DNA from: the human T2T-CHM13v2.0 reference genome, Homo sapiens
NCBI RefSeq assembly: GCF_009914755.1
Contig: NC_060933.1
Length of the DNA: 64,000 nucleotides
Direction: 5' to 3' (one strand)
The notes beneath the pieces were generated by a model. That model had not been told where the DNA came from, did not search any database, and saw only the letters and a list, made by a program, of their open reading frames with translations. Below are positions 16,050 through 34,943 of the stretch, piece by piece (position 1 is the stretch's first letter; every line of letters begins with the position of its first letter). The translations under genes and the position numbers were made by a program.

Positions 16050-18009
16050 GTTTATACTATTACAGAAGCAATCATAAAGTTTTGGAAGAATCTCGGAAGA
16101 CATGTCTAGTTTAGGAGATATGGCTTCCCCTGCACCTTAGGCATTTAAAATAACCTGGCCTGTTTCTTTCTGAAATGAGAATATTGGATCTGAAGATCTA
16201 AGTCCCTCATGCCTCATGCTATTCTTTGATGCCTTTGTAACATTATTCGCCCCATTGTACTAGTCCGACGGGGTTTTTTCCCCCACTTTGGTTTTTATTT
16301 TAAGGCAATCTCACTTCATCTCTCTTTTCCATTAATCTGTTTGACATGAACTGAGCTAATACGGCAATTTTTGTCTCTGTTCAAAAACTTCAAGAAATTT
16401 TGAGACCTCATATTTTTATCTGGTTTTATCTCCCCTCACAGTGACGTAAGAGTGGATTTTGTATAATAGATTGAAATATGTTCTTTTATTTTGTTGGATG
16501 GCTGAGCTATTTCACAGTGGCTCAAAGAGCAGTTTACTTTGTTCCATAGCAACAAGCCTCTTGCCCAAATTTGCCATCTGGTGTTTGAAGCCTGTATCTT
16601 GCAGCAGTTTTTTTCATTAGCTGACAGCCATTACTCATCTGCTTTTGGCTTTAGTATTCCCGACATTCTCATTATTGCTCATCCTAAATAGTCCCAGTTT
16701 CAAGTAAGAAAGCACTTGGAGTTGTTTGCTTAGCAGAAGGGAATCAATTTCATCTGGAAAACAAGGGGCCAGTTGAGAAGATACCTGCCAGCTGGGACCA
16801 TGACTTTATTATTTGTGAAACTTGGTTTTTAATGACTTGTGTATATGCTTAACAGCCCACCTAGAGTGTGGCCTGTGAAGGGGAAGACCAATTGGCCATG
16901 GTGGGTACCCACTAGATGGTGAATGAGTGAACGGGTTTCCTGCATAAATCCAGGAAACCTTGGGATGAAAAAGCAGTAGCCCCATGAAGAAAGCATCAAT
17001 CATACTTTGTAATTTTGCCACATTTGCTTTCCAAATTTTTTTTAGAGATTACCTGAAAATAAATCTCAGGGCTGATCCCTGGCTACCTCTGATCTGATCT
17101 TCTATCAGTCTTTCTTGTAGTCCTTGTACTGTATCCCCACTAGCCTCTCTGGTGTTTCAGAACCTGCCAAGCACACTCCCATTTTGGGGTCCTTGCTAGA
17201 TATTCCCTCTGCCTGGAATGCTCTTCTCCAAATGTCTAAGTGGTTCACTCTCTCCTTTTATGCAAGTCTCTGCTTAAACCTCATTCTTCAGAGAAACCAT
17301 CACACTCCACATTTTAGTCTATTTACCTCTCTTTATTTTCACCATAACCCTCACTATGAAGTATATCTTCATCAATTTATTGTTCCCAGTCTCTGGAATA
17401 ATCCTGAGCATACAGGAAGCACTCAGGAAGTACTTTCTGAGTGAAAACATGAACAAAAGCAAGACAAAAATCTATTAAATACTTGATTTGTGAATTAAGG
17501 TTTTCCCCAACCCAACACTTCCGTGTTATTTACAGAATACTCCTGTCTATTTCACATCTTGTAGCTTTTTGCCTCTTTGCTGCTCCTGTTGTTACCCCTT
17601 CCATCCCTTTTCCCACAACCCTGGATACTTACCAAGTACCAAGTCCTACCAATCACTGTCCAAGTTCTGCCTTTTCTTTGAAATCTTCGCTGATCACACT
17701 TATTATCTCTCCATTGGAACCCACAGGGCCATTGCACTTCCTCATCCTCCCTTCTCATGTCTAATTCATTTTCTACCTCTGCCTGTCTTAACTCCTAAAC
17801 CTTAAGCTCTATGAGTAGAGACTATGCATATATATTCCTATTTTTCATACTTTGCATTTTCATATACACTTAATGCATATTTTTAGTACATTGGCTAGAA
17901 TAAGACATTTATTATTAACAACTTTGTATCTAAAAAGGAGTAAAGATGAAAGTGGAGTCACTCTCAACTTCTTTCCTAAAGAGATAAGCACTGTCATTAT
18001 TTAGACACC

Positions 18010-20900
18010 TGCTATGGTTTGAATGTTTGTCCTCTCAGAAACTCATGTTGAAACTCAATTGCCATTGTAATAGTATTAAGAGGTGGGGCCTTTCAGAAGT
18101 GATTAGGCCGTGAGGACAGAGCTCTCATAAATGGATTAATCTTGTTACCATAGTAGTGGTTATCTTGACAGTGAGTTGTTATAAAATGACTCTGGCCTCG
18201 AGTGCTTCCCTCTTTCACATGCTCTTGCCTGCCCTTCCACCTTTCTGCTGTATGATGACTCTGGCTAGATGCTGGTGCCATGCTCTTGGAATTCCTAGCC
18301 TCCAAAACGGTGAGCCAAACCCATTTTGCTCTTTATACATTACCAATCTGTGGTATTCTGTTGTAGCAGGAGAAAATGTACTAAGACAGAAAATTGGTAC
18401 CAACACCAGGGTTGTTGGAATAATAGATACCTGAAAATATGCAAGTGGCTTTGGAACTGGGCAATGAGTAAAGGCTGGAAGAATTTGGAGAAGCAGGCTA
18501 GAAAAAGCCTAGATTGCTGTAAATGGAGCATTGAAAGTGATTCTGGTGAAGGCTCAGAAGAAGAGAAGACTGGGGAAAGTTTTGAACTTCTTAAAGATTA
18601 CCTAAGTGGTCATGACCAGAATGTTGATAGAAATATGGACAGTAAAGGCTGTTCTGATGAGATCTCAGATGGAACTGAGAAACAAGGTATTGGAAACTGG
18701 GGCAAAGGCCATCCTTGTTATAAAGTAGCAAAGAACTTGGCTGAAATGTGTCTATAACTGAGGGCTTTGTGAAAGGTGGAATTTAAAAGTGATGAAATAG
18801 GATATCTAGCTGAAGACATATTTAAGCAGCAAAGCATTCAGGCTGATGCATGGTTACTTTTAACCGCTTATAGTAAGATGCTAGAGGAAAGGAATGATTT
18901 AAAGATGGAATTTATAATGAAAAAGGAAGCTATGTGAAAAGATTTGGAAAATTTGCAGCCTGGCCATGTAAACAACAAAAAAGCATTCTAGTGTGGAACC
19001 AAGAGACCATTTACTGACGAGATTAACACAGACAGAAGAGAGCCACCATCAATACAATGGGAGATAGACCCTGAAAGCATTTCAGAGATCTTTGAGGCTG
19101 CCCTGCTCATCACAGGCCCAGAGTTCTAAGAGGGCAGAATAGTTTGAGGGGTTGGGCTAGGAGCAACCTACACAGGCTCCCTGCCCAGACCGACCTCACA
19201 TCTCTGCTTCCTGCATTCCAGCAGAGAGCTCTTTCACTGCTCCCACCATGGCTCAAGCAGGTCCATGTGTGGCTCAGGCCACAACTTCAGAAGATGCAAG
19301 TGGCAAATCTTGGTTGCATCCATGTGGTGTTAAGTTTGCAGGCATGCAGAATGCAAGATCTATGGGGGCATGGCTTCATCCACCTAGATTTCAAAGTATG
19401 TTGCAAATAGCCTGGAGCCCCAGGCAGAGACTTGTCACAGAAGCAGAGCCACTGCAGAGAGCCCCAACTATGGCAATACTGCACAAAAATGTGGGGTTGG
19501 GGTTAGTGCCAGAGCTGCCACAGAGAGTCCTCACTGGGGTAATGCCTAGTGGAGCCCTGGGAGCAGGACTGGCACTGAGACTCCAGGATCGTGGAGCTAC
19601 TAGCATGCAACCTCAGCCTGGGAGAGCAGCAGGCAGGAGACTCCAACCTATGAAGCATGGGCTGGGTCTAGGAAAGCCATAGGAGTGGGGCTGCCGAAGA
19701 CCTGTGTGCCCAGGATGCAGAAAATGGAGTCAAAGATTATTCTCTAAATTGAGGGCTTAAAGTGTTTTTTTCCCATTGGGTTTTGGACTTAATTGGAGTC
19801 TGTTACTCTTCTCTTTTTGCCTATTTTTCCCTTTTGGTCCAGGACTGTCAATCCTATGCTTGCCCCACCATTGTATTCTGGAAGTAGATAACTTATTTGA
19901 TTTCACAGGCTCACAGCTGTAGGAATATGCCTATGGATGAATCCTGTCTGGTGTCTCACCCACATCTGATACAGAGGAGACTCTAGACTTTTTTTTTTTT
20001 TTTTGGAGACAGGGTTTCACTTTGTCACACAGGCTGGAACTACAGTGGTGTGATGACAGCTTACTGCAGCCTTGACCTCCCAGGCTTAAGTGATCCTCCC
20101 ACCTTAGCCTCCTGAATAGCTGGGGTTACAGGCATGCATCCCCATACCTGGCTAATTTTTTTGATTTTTTTAGTAGAGATGGGGTCTTGCTATGCTACTG
20201 GTCTCAAACTCCTGGGCGCAATTGATCCTCCCACCTCAGCCTCCCAAAGTGCTGGGATTACAGGCGTAAGCCACCACGCCTGACCTGAGACTCTGGACTT
20301 TTGAATTGATGCTGGAACAACCACTTAAGACTTTTGGGACTACTGGAATGAGATGAATCTATTTTAGGCCAAATACAGTGGCTCATGCCTGTAATTCTAG
20401 CACTTTGGGAAGCCAAGGCAGGAAGATCAGTTGAGCTCAGGAGTTCGATACCAGCCTGGGCAACGTGGTGAAACCCCTTCTCTACCAAAAATACAAAAGT
20501 TAGCCAGGCGTGGTGGCACATACCTGTGGTCCCAGCTACTCTGGAGACTTAGATGGGAGGATCATTTGAGCCTGGGAGGTGGAAGTTGCACTGAGCCAAA
20601 ATCATGCCCACTGCACTCCAGCCTGGGTGACAGAGTAAGACCCCATCTGAAAACAAAACAAAAAAAAGAAATGAATATGTTTTGTACTTGAAAAGGACAT
20701 GAGTTTTGTAGGACCAGGGCAGAATGCTATGGTTTGAATGTTTGTTTTCTCTGAAACTCATGTTAATATTTAATTGCCATTGTAACAGTATTAAGAGGTA
20801 GGGCCTTTAAAAAGTGACTGGGTCATAGGGATGAAGCTCTAATCAGTGGATTAATGCCATTATGAAGGGAGTGGGTTAGTTATTGTGAGAGTAGGTTGTT
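18010..20900 (+). mobile_element. MST-type MaLR provirus: 5' LTR 18010-18388, internal region, truncated 3' LTR 20725-20900
   Basis: Both LTRs start tgctatggtttgaatgtttg; the 5' LTR ends ctaagaca followed by gaaaattggtacc; MaLR-internal ORF remnant (track 18326..18757). Confidence 0.92.
19988..20668. mobile_element. Two AluJ-like elements in the MST internal region: ~19988-20286 (-) and 20366-20668 (+)
   Basis: Each has its own TSD (gagactctagact/gagactctggact; atgaatctatttt/atgaatatgtttt). Confidence 0.9.
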
Positions 20901-20911
20901 AATGTTTTCTT

Positions 20912-21234
20912 TCCTTTTCTTGTTTTTTTGTTTGTTTGTTTTTGTTTTGTTTGAGACAAAGTCTCTGCTGTGTTGTGCAGGCTGGAGTGCAGTGGCATGA
21001 TCTTGGCTCACTGCAACCTCCGCCTCCCAGGTCAAGCAATTCTCCTGCCTCAGCCTCCCAAGTAGCTGGGACTACAGGCACCTGCCACCACGCCTGGCTA
21101 ATTTTTGTATTTTTAGTAGAGATGGGGTTTCACCATGTTGGCCAGGCTGGTCTCGAATTCCTGACCTCAAGCAATCTGCTCGCCTTGGCCTCCCAAAGTG
21201 CTGGGATTACAGGCATGAGCCACTTCACCCCGCC
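20912..21234 (-). mobile_element. Alu (AluS)
   Basis: Full-length; TSD atgttttctt. Confidence 0.92.
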
Positions 21235-21458
21235 ATGTTTTCTTTTCTCTAGCTTACTTTAGTGAAGAATACAGTATATAATACATATAATATAGAAAAT
21301 ATGTGTTAGTTAACTTTATGTTGATTATGTCGATTATGTTATTGGTAAGTCTTTGGCCAACAGTAGGCTATTAGTAGTTAAGTTTCTGGGAAGTCAAAAG
21401 TTATCGCTCATTTTAGACTACGGTGCTCCTAACCCCTGCATTATTCAAGGGGCAACTG
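21235..21458. mobile_element. Tigger4/MER46-like terminal fragment
   Basis: caacagtaggctattagtagttaagtt...caaggggcaactg|ta end. Confidence 0.75.
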
Positions 21459-22280
21459 TAATCCCCTTTTCTTCTTGAATTACTAATTCTATTCTACTTC
21501 CCTCACAGACTTTTTACTAATGCAATATATTTTTATACTTGAAAGCCTTCTGTTGATCAACCATTGTAGTAAAATATCTGTACATAGATTTAAGCATGTA
21601 CAGTGGCCCGGGAATATAAGAAAATTAAAAAAAAAATTGTATTACACGTTTTGAAAGTAATTTGTTAAGTGTAAAAAGTTTTTTTCATCCAGTTTGATAA
21701 TATATCTATGAATGATTGTTAGTTGTTGGTAGAATAAAATAAGGGGCAGCATCAATTTTTTCTTATTTTCCATTTTTATAGATGTGAGTTTTAGGAATAA
21801 TTTTAACATAAATCGAGTAGATGCGAATGGAAAAAGTTTCATTGTAGCAATATCATTCAATTCTTTGAACTTGTTATGTGATAAATTTACATATTAATCA
21901 ATCAAAAATATCTTTAATGATCTGTCAATTGATAAGCAATGAGGACTTCTATCATTTTATTGACAGTTAAAGACCACAATGCTAGAGAAATATCGTAGGG
22001 TGCCAGGCAGAAGCCTTGGTAGGGGCACATTTGAGCTTGGTGACTATGGCTATTCCATCTACTGTGCTGCGTGCCTTGTTCCAGTACTGCATGGCTACTC
22101 AGGTGCAGCCCAGAAAAAGGGAAAGTGGGACTCAGTTATTTTTACCAGCTGTATGTTAAGTAAAAGACAATGGAAATATGAAATAATAGATAGTGAAATC
22201 TAACCTCGACAAGGAAAATGGAGGAAGAAGATGGCTGGTGGACTGGGCAAAAGTACAGGGAGAAAGTAAAGGGAAGGCTC

Positions 22281-26017
<3,737 letters not shown>

Positions 26018-26306
26018 AATTAGCCATTTTTAATACCTTGTATCTTCAATTGAGAATTTTTGAAGTCTCAGATTGATATTATGGCAGAAAAGGAGGAATC
26101 ACACACAGCTTGTCTTTGGATGACCAAAAGCAAACACCTGTCTTTTTTTTTTTTTTTTTTTTGCCTCTAAACTCAATTCCATTTGGTATCAAATACCTTT
26201 TAACTCAGCTATAGTCTCTTTTAAGAATATTTACATATTTAATAAAAAACAAATGACTGTGACTCACTAATATGTGTTTCTTTTCTTTTCTTTCTTTCTT
26301 TTAAAG

Positions 26307-26395
26307 ATAGTGTTTTTAGAAGAAGCATCTCAACAGGAAAAACTGGCCAAAGAATGGTGCTTCAAGCCGTGTGAAATAAGAGAACTGAGCCACCA
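26307..26395 (+). CDS. GDA: GDA exon 2 (IVFLEEASQQEKLAKEWCFKPCEIRELSH-H)
   Basis: Long pyrimidine tract + aag|ATAGTG...CACCA|gtaagt; 89 nt, phase 0 to 2. Confidence 0.97.
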
Positions 26396-27001
26396 GTAAG
26401 TTGTTACTTCTTCCCTTTTACTGGGTGCCACTAATAAGCTTAAATTATAGAAAACCTGCCTTGAGAGACAGAGAGACTTTAAAAAATAATATTAATTTAA
26501 CAATAATTATTTTGTATTAATTATTTGTTAAGGGAGGAGATGGGAAGGAGAAGGTATACAGGAAGCTGAAGGATGGAAACTTAGAGAGCTAGAGGCTGCC
26601 ATCATTCATCAATTTCTTTAGCATATATTTGTTGAGCATGCTATGTGCAGTACTGGAGGGTCTGGAGGTGAAAAAGATCTTCAAAGTCCTTGTCCTCACA
26701 GGGTTTACAGTCCATGGAGGACAAAGACAGTAAACAAGCAAACAGATACCTGCGCATGACCATAGTAGATTGTGATAGCTTCTATAAGGAAGGAAACAAG
26801 GTGGGGAGGGGTATGATAGAGGTTAACTATTAAGAAGTAGGGAGGAAAGAAAATTTGAGAATCAATTGGTTGGGGAAGTTCAGAAGCACACTTGAGCTGT
26901 GATATTATATTTCAACTACTTTTAGTGGTTTTTAATATTCGTTATATTTCATATATAATATATATTTAATATATGTTATACAGTTCTTAAAGAAATGATT
27001 G

Positions 27002-27308
27002 GGCCAGCCAGGCATGGTGTCTCATACCTGTAATCCTAGCACTTTGGGAGGCCGAGGCGGGTAGATCACCTGAGATCAGGAGTTCAAGACCAGCCTGGCC
27101 AACGTGGTGAAACCCCGTCTCTACTAAAAATACAAAAATTAGCCTGGCATGGTGGCGCATATGATGCCTGTAATCCCAGCTACCTGGGTGGCTGAGGCAG
27201 GAGAATCTCTTGAAGCCCGGGGGGCAGAGGTTGCAGTGAGCCAAGATCATGCCACTTCACTCTAGCCTGGGTGAAAGAGCAAGACTCTGTTAAAAAAAAA
27301 AAAAAAAA
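27002..27308 (+). mobile_element. Alu (AluS)
   Basis: Full-length with A tail. Confidence 0.92.
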
Positions 27309-27364
27309 GCTCAGTTTCCTCATAGCCTGGTTGATATGCTTTATGGAAATGGGAAAACTTTTTT

Positions 27365-27725
27365 TGATTATAATTTTTATTTTATTTTTTGTTTATTTTA
27401 CTTTAAGTTCTGGGATACATGTGCAGAACGTGCAGGTTTGTTACACAGGTATACATGTGCCATGGTGGTTTGCTGCACCTATCAACCCGTCATCTAGGTT
27501 TTAAGCCCCACATGCATTAGATATTTGTCCTAATGCTCTCCCTCCCCTTGCCCCCCACCCCCCAACAGACCCCAGTGTGTGATGTTCCCTTCCCTGTGTC
27601 CATTTGTTATTATTGTTCAACTCCCACTTACGAATGAGAACATGCGGTGTTTGGTTTTCTGTTCCTGTGTTAGTTTGCTGAAAGTCATGGCTTCTGGCAT
27701 CATCTATGTCCCTGCAAAGGACATG
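27365..27725 (-). mobile_element. 5'-truncated L1PA 3' end
   Basis: ctttaagttctgggatacatgtgcagaacgtgcagg...; TSD aatgggaa(a/g)acttttt. Confidence 0.92.
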
Positions 27726-28782
27726 AATGGGAAGACTTTTTTAAAGCTAAAATATTTTATCTTGTTTCAGGCCAAGTAAGTTCCAAGGCCAATAAAATTG
27801 GTACCATTTATATTCTGAAAACACTTTGATAACTTGGGAATTGACTTTCACGTAATATAGAGAAACACTGTTTCACGTAATAGAGGAACATTGAACTAGG
27901 AATGAAAATACCTGGTTTGAATCCACAGACTGTACTGTAGCTTTGCAGATGTTAAAAGTCAAGCAAGCCACTTTCCCTCTTTGAGGTCATCTAGACTATG
28001 AAGCTCATCCCTGGTCATAGTCCAGAGAGACAGAGTGACTATTTATAATGTTTCACTCCACCTGCAGTTTTACTCACATCCCTTGCCTCCTTCCCTCTCC
28101 CTGCTGCCTCTCTATGGGCTTGGAAGTGTGTGGGCGCTGGGCATGGAAATGAATATAGTAGCTTCTGCTGTTACCATCTACTTCCTCTTGCTAGATTTTC
28201 ATGTAAGAATCTATGATGAGGAGCAACTGACATTTATAGTCTCCTGCTTGCGTGTCTTTGTGATGCAGGATTAGAAGAAGGCTTGGAAGCAGTTGAAGTA
28301 GAGGCTGAGATGGGATGAGAGAATGGTGGAAACGGTTGGAGGATGGAGAGGAGGGTAAACATAACTGTGGGTCTTCACTTCCTTTTCTTCCTCTTTATGA
28401 GGTTGCTTTTGAAATTAAATCCATCAGAAATGCAGATTCTGGGGGTCGTATGTAAGTACTGCACACAAGGAAGTAGTAAGGTAAGAAATAATTTAAATTT
28501 TAGTAGAAGACTGAAGTCTTTGAAGAAAGATTATATTTAAAATGCAGAGATTCTTATATCAAGCACACAAGTTATGTGTGGTTGAATTTAAGTCATGATT
28601 AAAATACCATAAAGGGATGTCTCAGACAGTTTTTAATAGACTTGGCCCAATACACAGTGTATCTACAGGTCTATCTCAGTACTGTCTGGATTTTTAGAAA
28701 AGGGAAATCACAACTGGAGTACCATGGGCAGTGCTGTGGTAGGAGTGAATCAGATGGTGGCCATGGACCCTGGACAGGTTTG

Positions 28783-29732
<950 letters not shown>

Positions 29733-30814
29733 CAGATTTGGAATACCTGGGGGAAGTTGAGATTCTCTGAGGAAATTATGATGCTGATTAAGTAAAGTGA
29801 GAAGAGGAAAGCTGAAAAGAAGGGAGAAAGGAGAGCTTTTTTACCTTCTGCTGCTGCCTTCAGATCTCTTCTCTGCTTTGCCTGCAGCTGGGCTTGTAGT
29901 AGCTACAATTTAGCCATAAGTGATGTTGTGAGTGGAGAACCGAGTTTGAATCCTAGCTGAGCCACCAACAAATTGCAAGTCAAAAATAAACTTGCAATCC
30001 CAGACCTTCCTTTTGTTCTCTCTATAAAATGAGCAGGTGGGCTCACTGACCTCTAATCTCATGTGCACTCTCACATTCCATGCTTCTGTGTGTACCAATA
30101 TTATCTGTAATTAATCCTGGACTGTAACCTTGATTCTGGGAATCTTTTTATTAATAATCATTTCACGATGCTTACTATTTCCTTAAAAGGATTGTAACTT
30201 TTCTGGGTAAAAAAATCACACTTCAGATGCAATAAATCCTTGCGCTTCTGTTGCCTCTGAAGACTTTGTACTCTGAATCATCTTTCACTCTCTCATCTCA
30301 GCTACAATGAACATGCTCATTTCTCCTACATGAAAAACATAAAGTGACTTGAACTCTTCTTCATCCTAATTTTCACTACCAAATATTTTAAAAGGGAGCT
30401 CTCCATCTGCACAGGACTTTCTCAAACACTCTCTTTTTAGCACTTAGTGCAGTAACAAAAACATTCTAGAGACTCAGTGACTACTTTTTAAAGGAAGAGC
30501 TAAATCTTTCCAAAATTGGGGGTCTTAGGATTATTCCTGAGGCCATGCATTTTTGACCCTTGCAGTTTTTGGCACTAGTCACTGCCCTGCTCCTTCTTGA
30601 ATGTCTCTTCTTTACTGTCCCTGACACCTCTCTGTCCTGGGTTCCCTCTACCCTCCTGACAATAACTCTGCCAAGATTGATCCTGATCTTTTCTTTCTCA
30701 GTCTTACTCCTGAAGTCGAAGGTGCTGCTTAAGATGTTGGTTTGTTCTTCCTTCCACAGAGAACTCTGGCATCGCCAACTTCTAGAGTTACCTATATAAG
30801 ACCCTCAAATCTGA

Positions 30815-31123
<309 letters not shown>

Positions 31124-31315
31124 TCCTCTCCTTCTTTTCTTCTGCCTCTTCTCCCTTCTCCTTCTTCTTCCTTTTCTTGCTCTTCTTCTTCCCTCCTCCT
31201 CTTCCTCCTCCTCCTCTTTTTCTCCTTCTCCTCCTCCTTTCTCGTCCTTTTCCTCTTCTCCTCCTCTCCTTTTTCTTTCTCCTCATTTTTCTTCCTCCTC
31301 CTCTCTGTCTCCCTC
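31124..31315. repeat. Polypyrimidine (CCT/CTT) low-complexity tract
   Basis: ~190 nt with about five purines. Confidence 0.95.
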
Positions 31316-33399
31316 ATTCACCCGTAACCTCCTCAACTAGATTATAAAGTCTTTGACGACAATATGCCTTATTTTTCTCTGGACTCTCCACAGGGCTTGG
31401 CGGTTTCCTAAATATAGTAGACATTTGGGAAATATTATTTGGTTAAACAATTTAACTGCATGAGGAAGTTACACTGCTATTCCGTTTTATGACGGGAGAG
31501 AAAGCAAAGACCCAAAGGACTGACATTGTAGAGAGATCAGTGACTGATACCTGAGAGAAATCCATATTCCACCCTCCCTTTCAGAGTGCTTCCCACATTA
31601 TAGGCCCACTTAATGCTGCCTTCTTGACGTCCTTAAAAATTTGTCACAGTTCTTTATTTCCATAGTCAGTGAATTAACAATTCCATCACGTGGAACGTAG
31701 TGACCGAGAGTACTGAACCTACAGACAAACTGCCTGGGTTTGAATCTCAGCGCCAAAGCTGACTAGTTAACAGTTACTTTTTTTCAAGCTACATAAATTC
31801 CCTGAGCTTTAGCTTACCCTTATGTAAAGGAGGGTAACAGTACTCTCATACTTACTAAGTTTCTTGTGAACATTACATCATCATCATCATCATCCATAAC
31901 ATTTATTGATGCTTTCCATTATCTAGGCATTGTTCTTACACACACTAAATACATCCTCACGACAGCCCTATGATGCTACTACTATCTCCATTTTACATAA
32001 GGGGAAACTGAGTCACACAGAGTTTTTTTTTTTTTTTAATATGTCAAATATCTAACTGCTGATTTATGGTCAAACCTGATTTCAGATCTTAGCAGGCCAA
32101 AACCAGAATGTATACACTTTAACTCAACTGCTGCCCACAGATGAGATGATGTATGTAGAACGCTGTGCCAGTGCCTAGTGAATGTACATATTCAGGAAAC
32201 ATTAGCTGCTGTCACCATCATTATTATAATAACTGACTACAAAAAAGCTAGTCTTTTCCATGCGATGTAGAGGCTTTCTTGTAGTCAGACAAGATCAAGA
32301 TGACCACTGAGTCTGCCATTCCTTGCTCTTGTTTTAAAATAAAGCATTTAGAGTTACTCATGGCTTTATTTGGCTTACAGTTAGGTGGTATGTATACATT
32401 TGATTTGATAGCATGAGGAATTATTTGTAATGTTAGGTTTCAAGTTCAAGTTGCTTATGTGATTGAATACTTACCTAGGATAATGGTGGCAGTAGAGGGT
32501 CCCATCTTTTGGCAAATATCTGTTTGGATGAGGTTGGATACTTAATAGTGACTGTGGTGAACTGCATTAGCTCTTTAGAAAAGCATGAAGTGTCTGTTAG
32601 CACCATACTGCCTCAATTCTGTGGGTAGTGCCTCTGAACACTTTCCAGGACTTTCTAATTATAAGAATTAATAGAAATATGAATATTAATTGGTGGATCA
32701 TGGTGGTAGCATTAGTGATCACAAGCATCCTGAGCATGGTTGTCACAGCATCATATGTAACTCCCTCTTCGCTTCACTACTTACACCACTGCCCGTTTGT
32801 GGTCCATCTCCTGAGATCGCCTGTCCCTAACCAGCTTGCTCTTGCTGCTTCTATTTCAGAACTCAGTTTCTGTAACACGTGGGAAAAGACTAGGTTTCTT
32901 GTAGTCAGACAAGATCAAGATGACTGCTGAGTCTAAAATTGCAGCCAGTCTGTTTCTCACCTTTAGTTGCCCTTAGTGACTGGTGTGCACATTGCTCAGC
33001 ACGGCTCTAGAAGTTTTAAAGGCCTCCTCTTCCATTCTTGATCTCTGACCTACAACTATCAGTTGTGAGAACAAAGTCATGGGATTAAATCAGAGTTCCC
33101 GTCCTTTCTTGTGCCACCACTGCTTTGCTTCTGCTCAATGCTGTGTTTTTCCCTCCCTTCGTCATCACTGGTTAACCCCGACCAGCCATTCCAACCTAGA
33201 AGCTATATCTCTCCTAGCAGAGCTTCATTTTTATGTCCTGACCTCTAAATAATTGGAGAATTTACAGTTGTCTGATTGCATTACCTATAAACCTGTGTGG
33301 GTGAACAGTGAAATCATGCTTGGGAAAAAATGTGATTTAAAAATATGGGAAATGACTGAAGATATTATTAAATACTTTTATTCTCATCTTAATTTCCAG

Positions 33400-33571
33400 T
33401 GAGTTCTTCATGCCTGGGCTGGTTGATACACACATCCATGCCTCTCAGTATTCCTTTGCTGGAAGTAGCATAGACCTGCCACTCTTGGAGTGGCTGACCA
33501 AGTACACATTTCCTGCAGAACACAGATTCCAGAACATCGACTTTGCAGAAGAAGTATATACCAGAGTTGTC
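33400..33571 (+). CDS. GDA: GDA exon 3 (EFFMPGLVDTHIHASQYSF...EEVYTRVV), contains the metal-binding HxH motif
   Basis: ttccag|TGAGTTC...GTTGTC|gtaagt; 172 nt, phase 2 to 0; amidohydrolase PGLVDTHIH motif; overlaps track ORF 33410..33646. Confidence 0.99.
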
Positions 33572-34574
33572 GTAAGTATCTTGTGTGTGAGTGTGGTATT
33601 CTGTTTGGTCATCTATAGAAATATCAGTTTCCTAGGACAGATTTAAATTATAAAGCATAAGCAGTTAAGCCTAAGATGGGCCATAGAGAATTTTTAAGTT
33701 TCTTTTTCACAGTCCAGTGAGTTTGTGACCACCTCACCTACACAGCTAGTCAGTGGCAAAGAGAGAATTTGAATCCAAGTTTCCAAAACCCCAATCTGGT
33801 GGGTTTACGTTACTCTTTTACTTTCTGTGTTTTACTTTACCAAATCTGGGTTTAATGAATATGTGTATTTCCCTACTCCTGCTAATCCATAATGCTGTTC
33901 TGAGGACCATATGGATTCATTATGTGACCTTTGCAAAGTTATGTGACTCACTTTTCCCATCTGTAAAAAATAGAGATCATGATAGTACCTATTTCACAGG
34001 ATTCTCATGATAATTAAGCAAGTTAATATTTGTGAAGTTCTTAGAATAGTGCCTGGCACATGGTGGGAGCTCTATTTGTTTGCTTTAAAAATGCCCAAGG
34101 AAATTTAAAATTAAATATTTAAATTACTGTTAGAAGGAATATCATGTTATTCTGGGAGCTTTGCAAGGAAGGAAAATAGGATGGTCCCATATTGCATGGC
34201 ACGTGGTAATGTGACTTGAGCACTGACACCACTAGAGGGAACTCTGGGGCTAGTACAGTCATTGAACAGTGGCAGTAGTGTGTACCAGCCATATGTTGAA
34301 GGCTCTGAAAGTGTCCTTCCTTCTCCTCTTTCAGGAAAATCAGTTCCTTTCTTACTCCAATCCTGTGCCCAGAACCAGAATCTACTCAGGAATTAGAAAC
34401 AGTTTCTGCAGTAAAGGAGCTAAAGCGCAAATGCTGCCTTGTCTGATCATTATGTCCTGGTGTTCAGCGCACTTGGTCTGAACACTCATGGATTTTTGTG
34501 GGACCCATTGATTCCTCCTAAGGTGTTCACTACATGTGGTGGTGGCAGTATTATAAGCCTTCCACATCAACTGA

Positions 34575-34943
<369 letters not shown>

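Noticed and set aside
18326-19682. 143-aa and 144-aa ORFs
   Set aside because: Remnants of the MaLR internal region broken by stops and frameshifts; not a host gene
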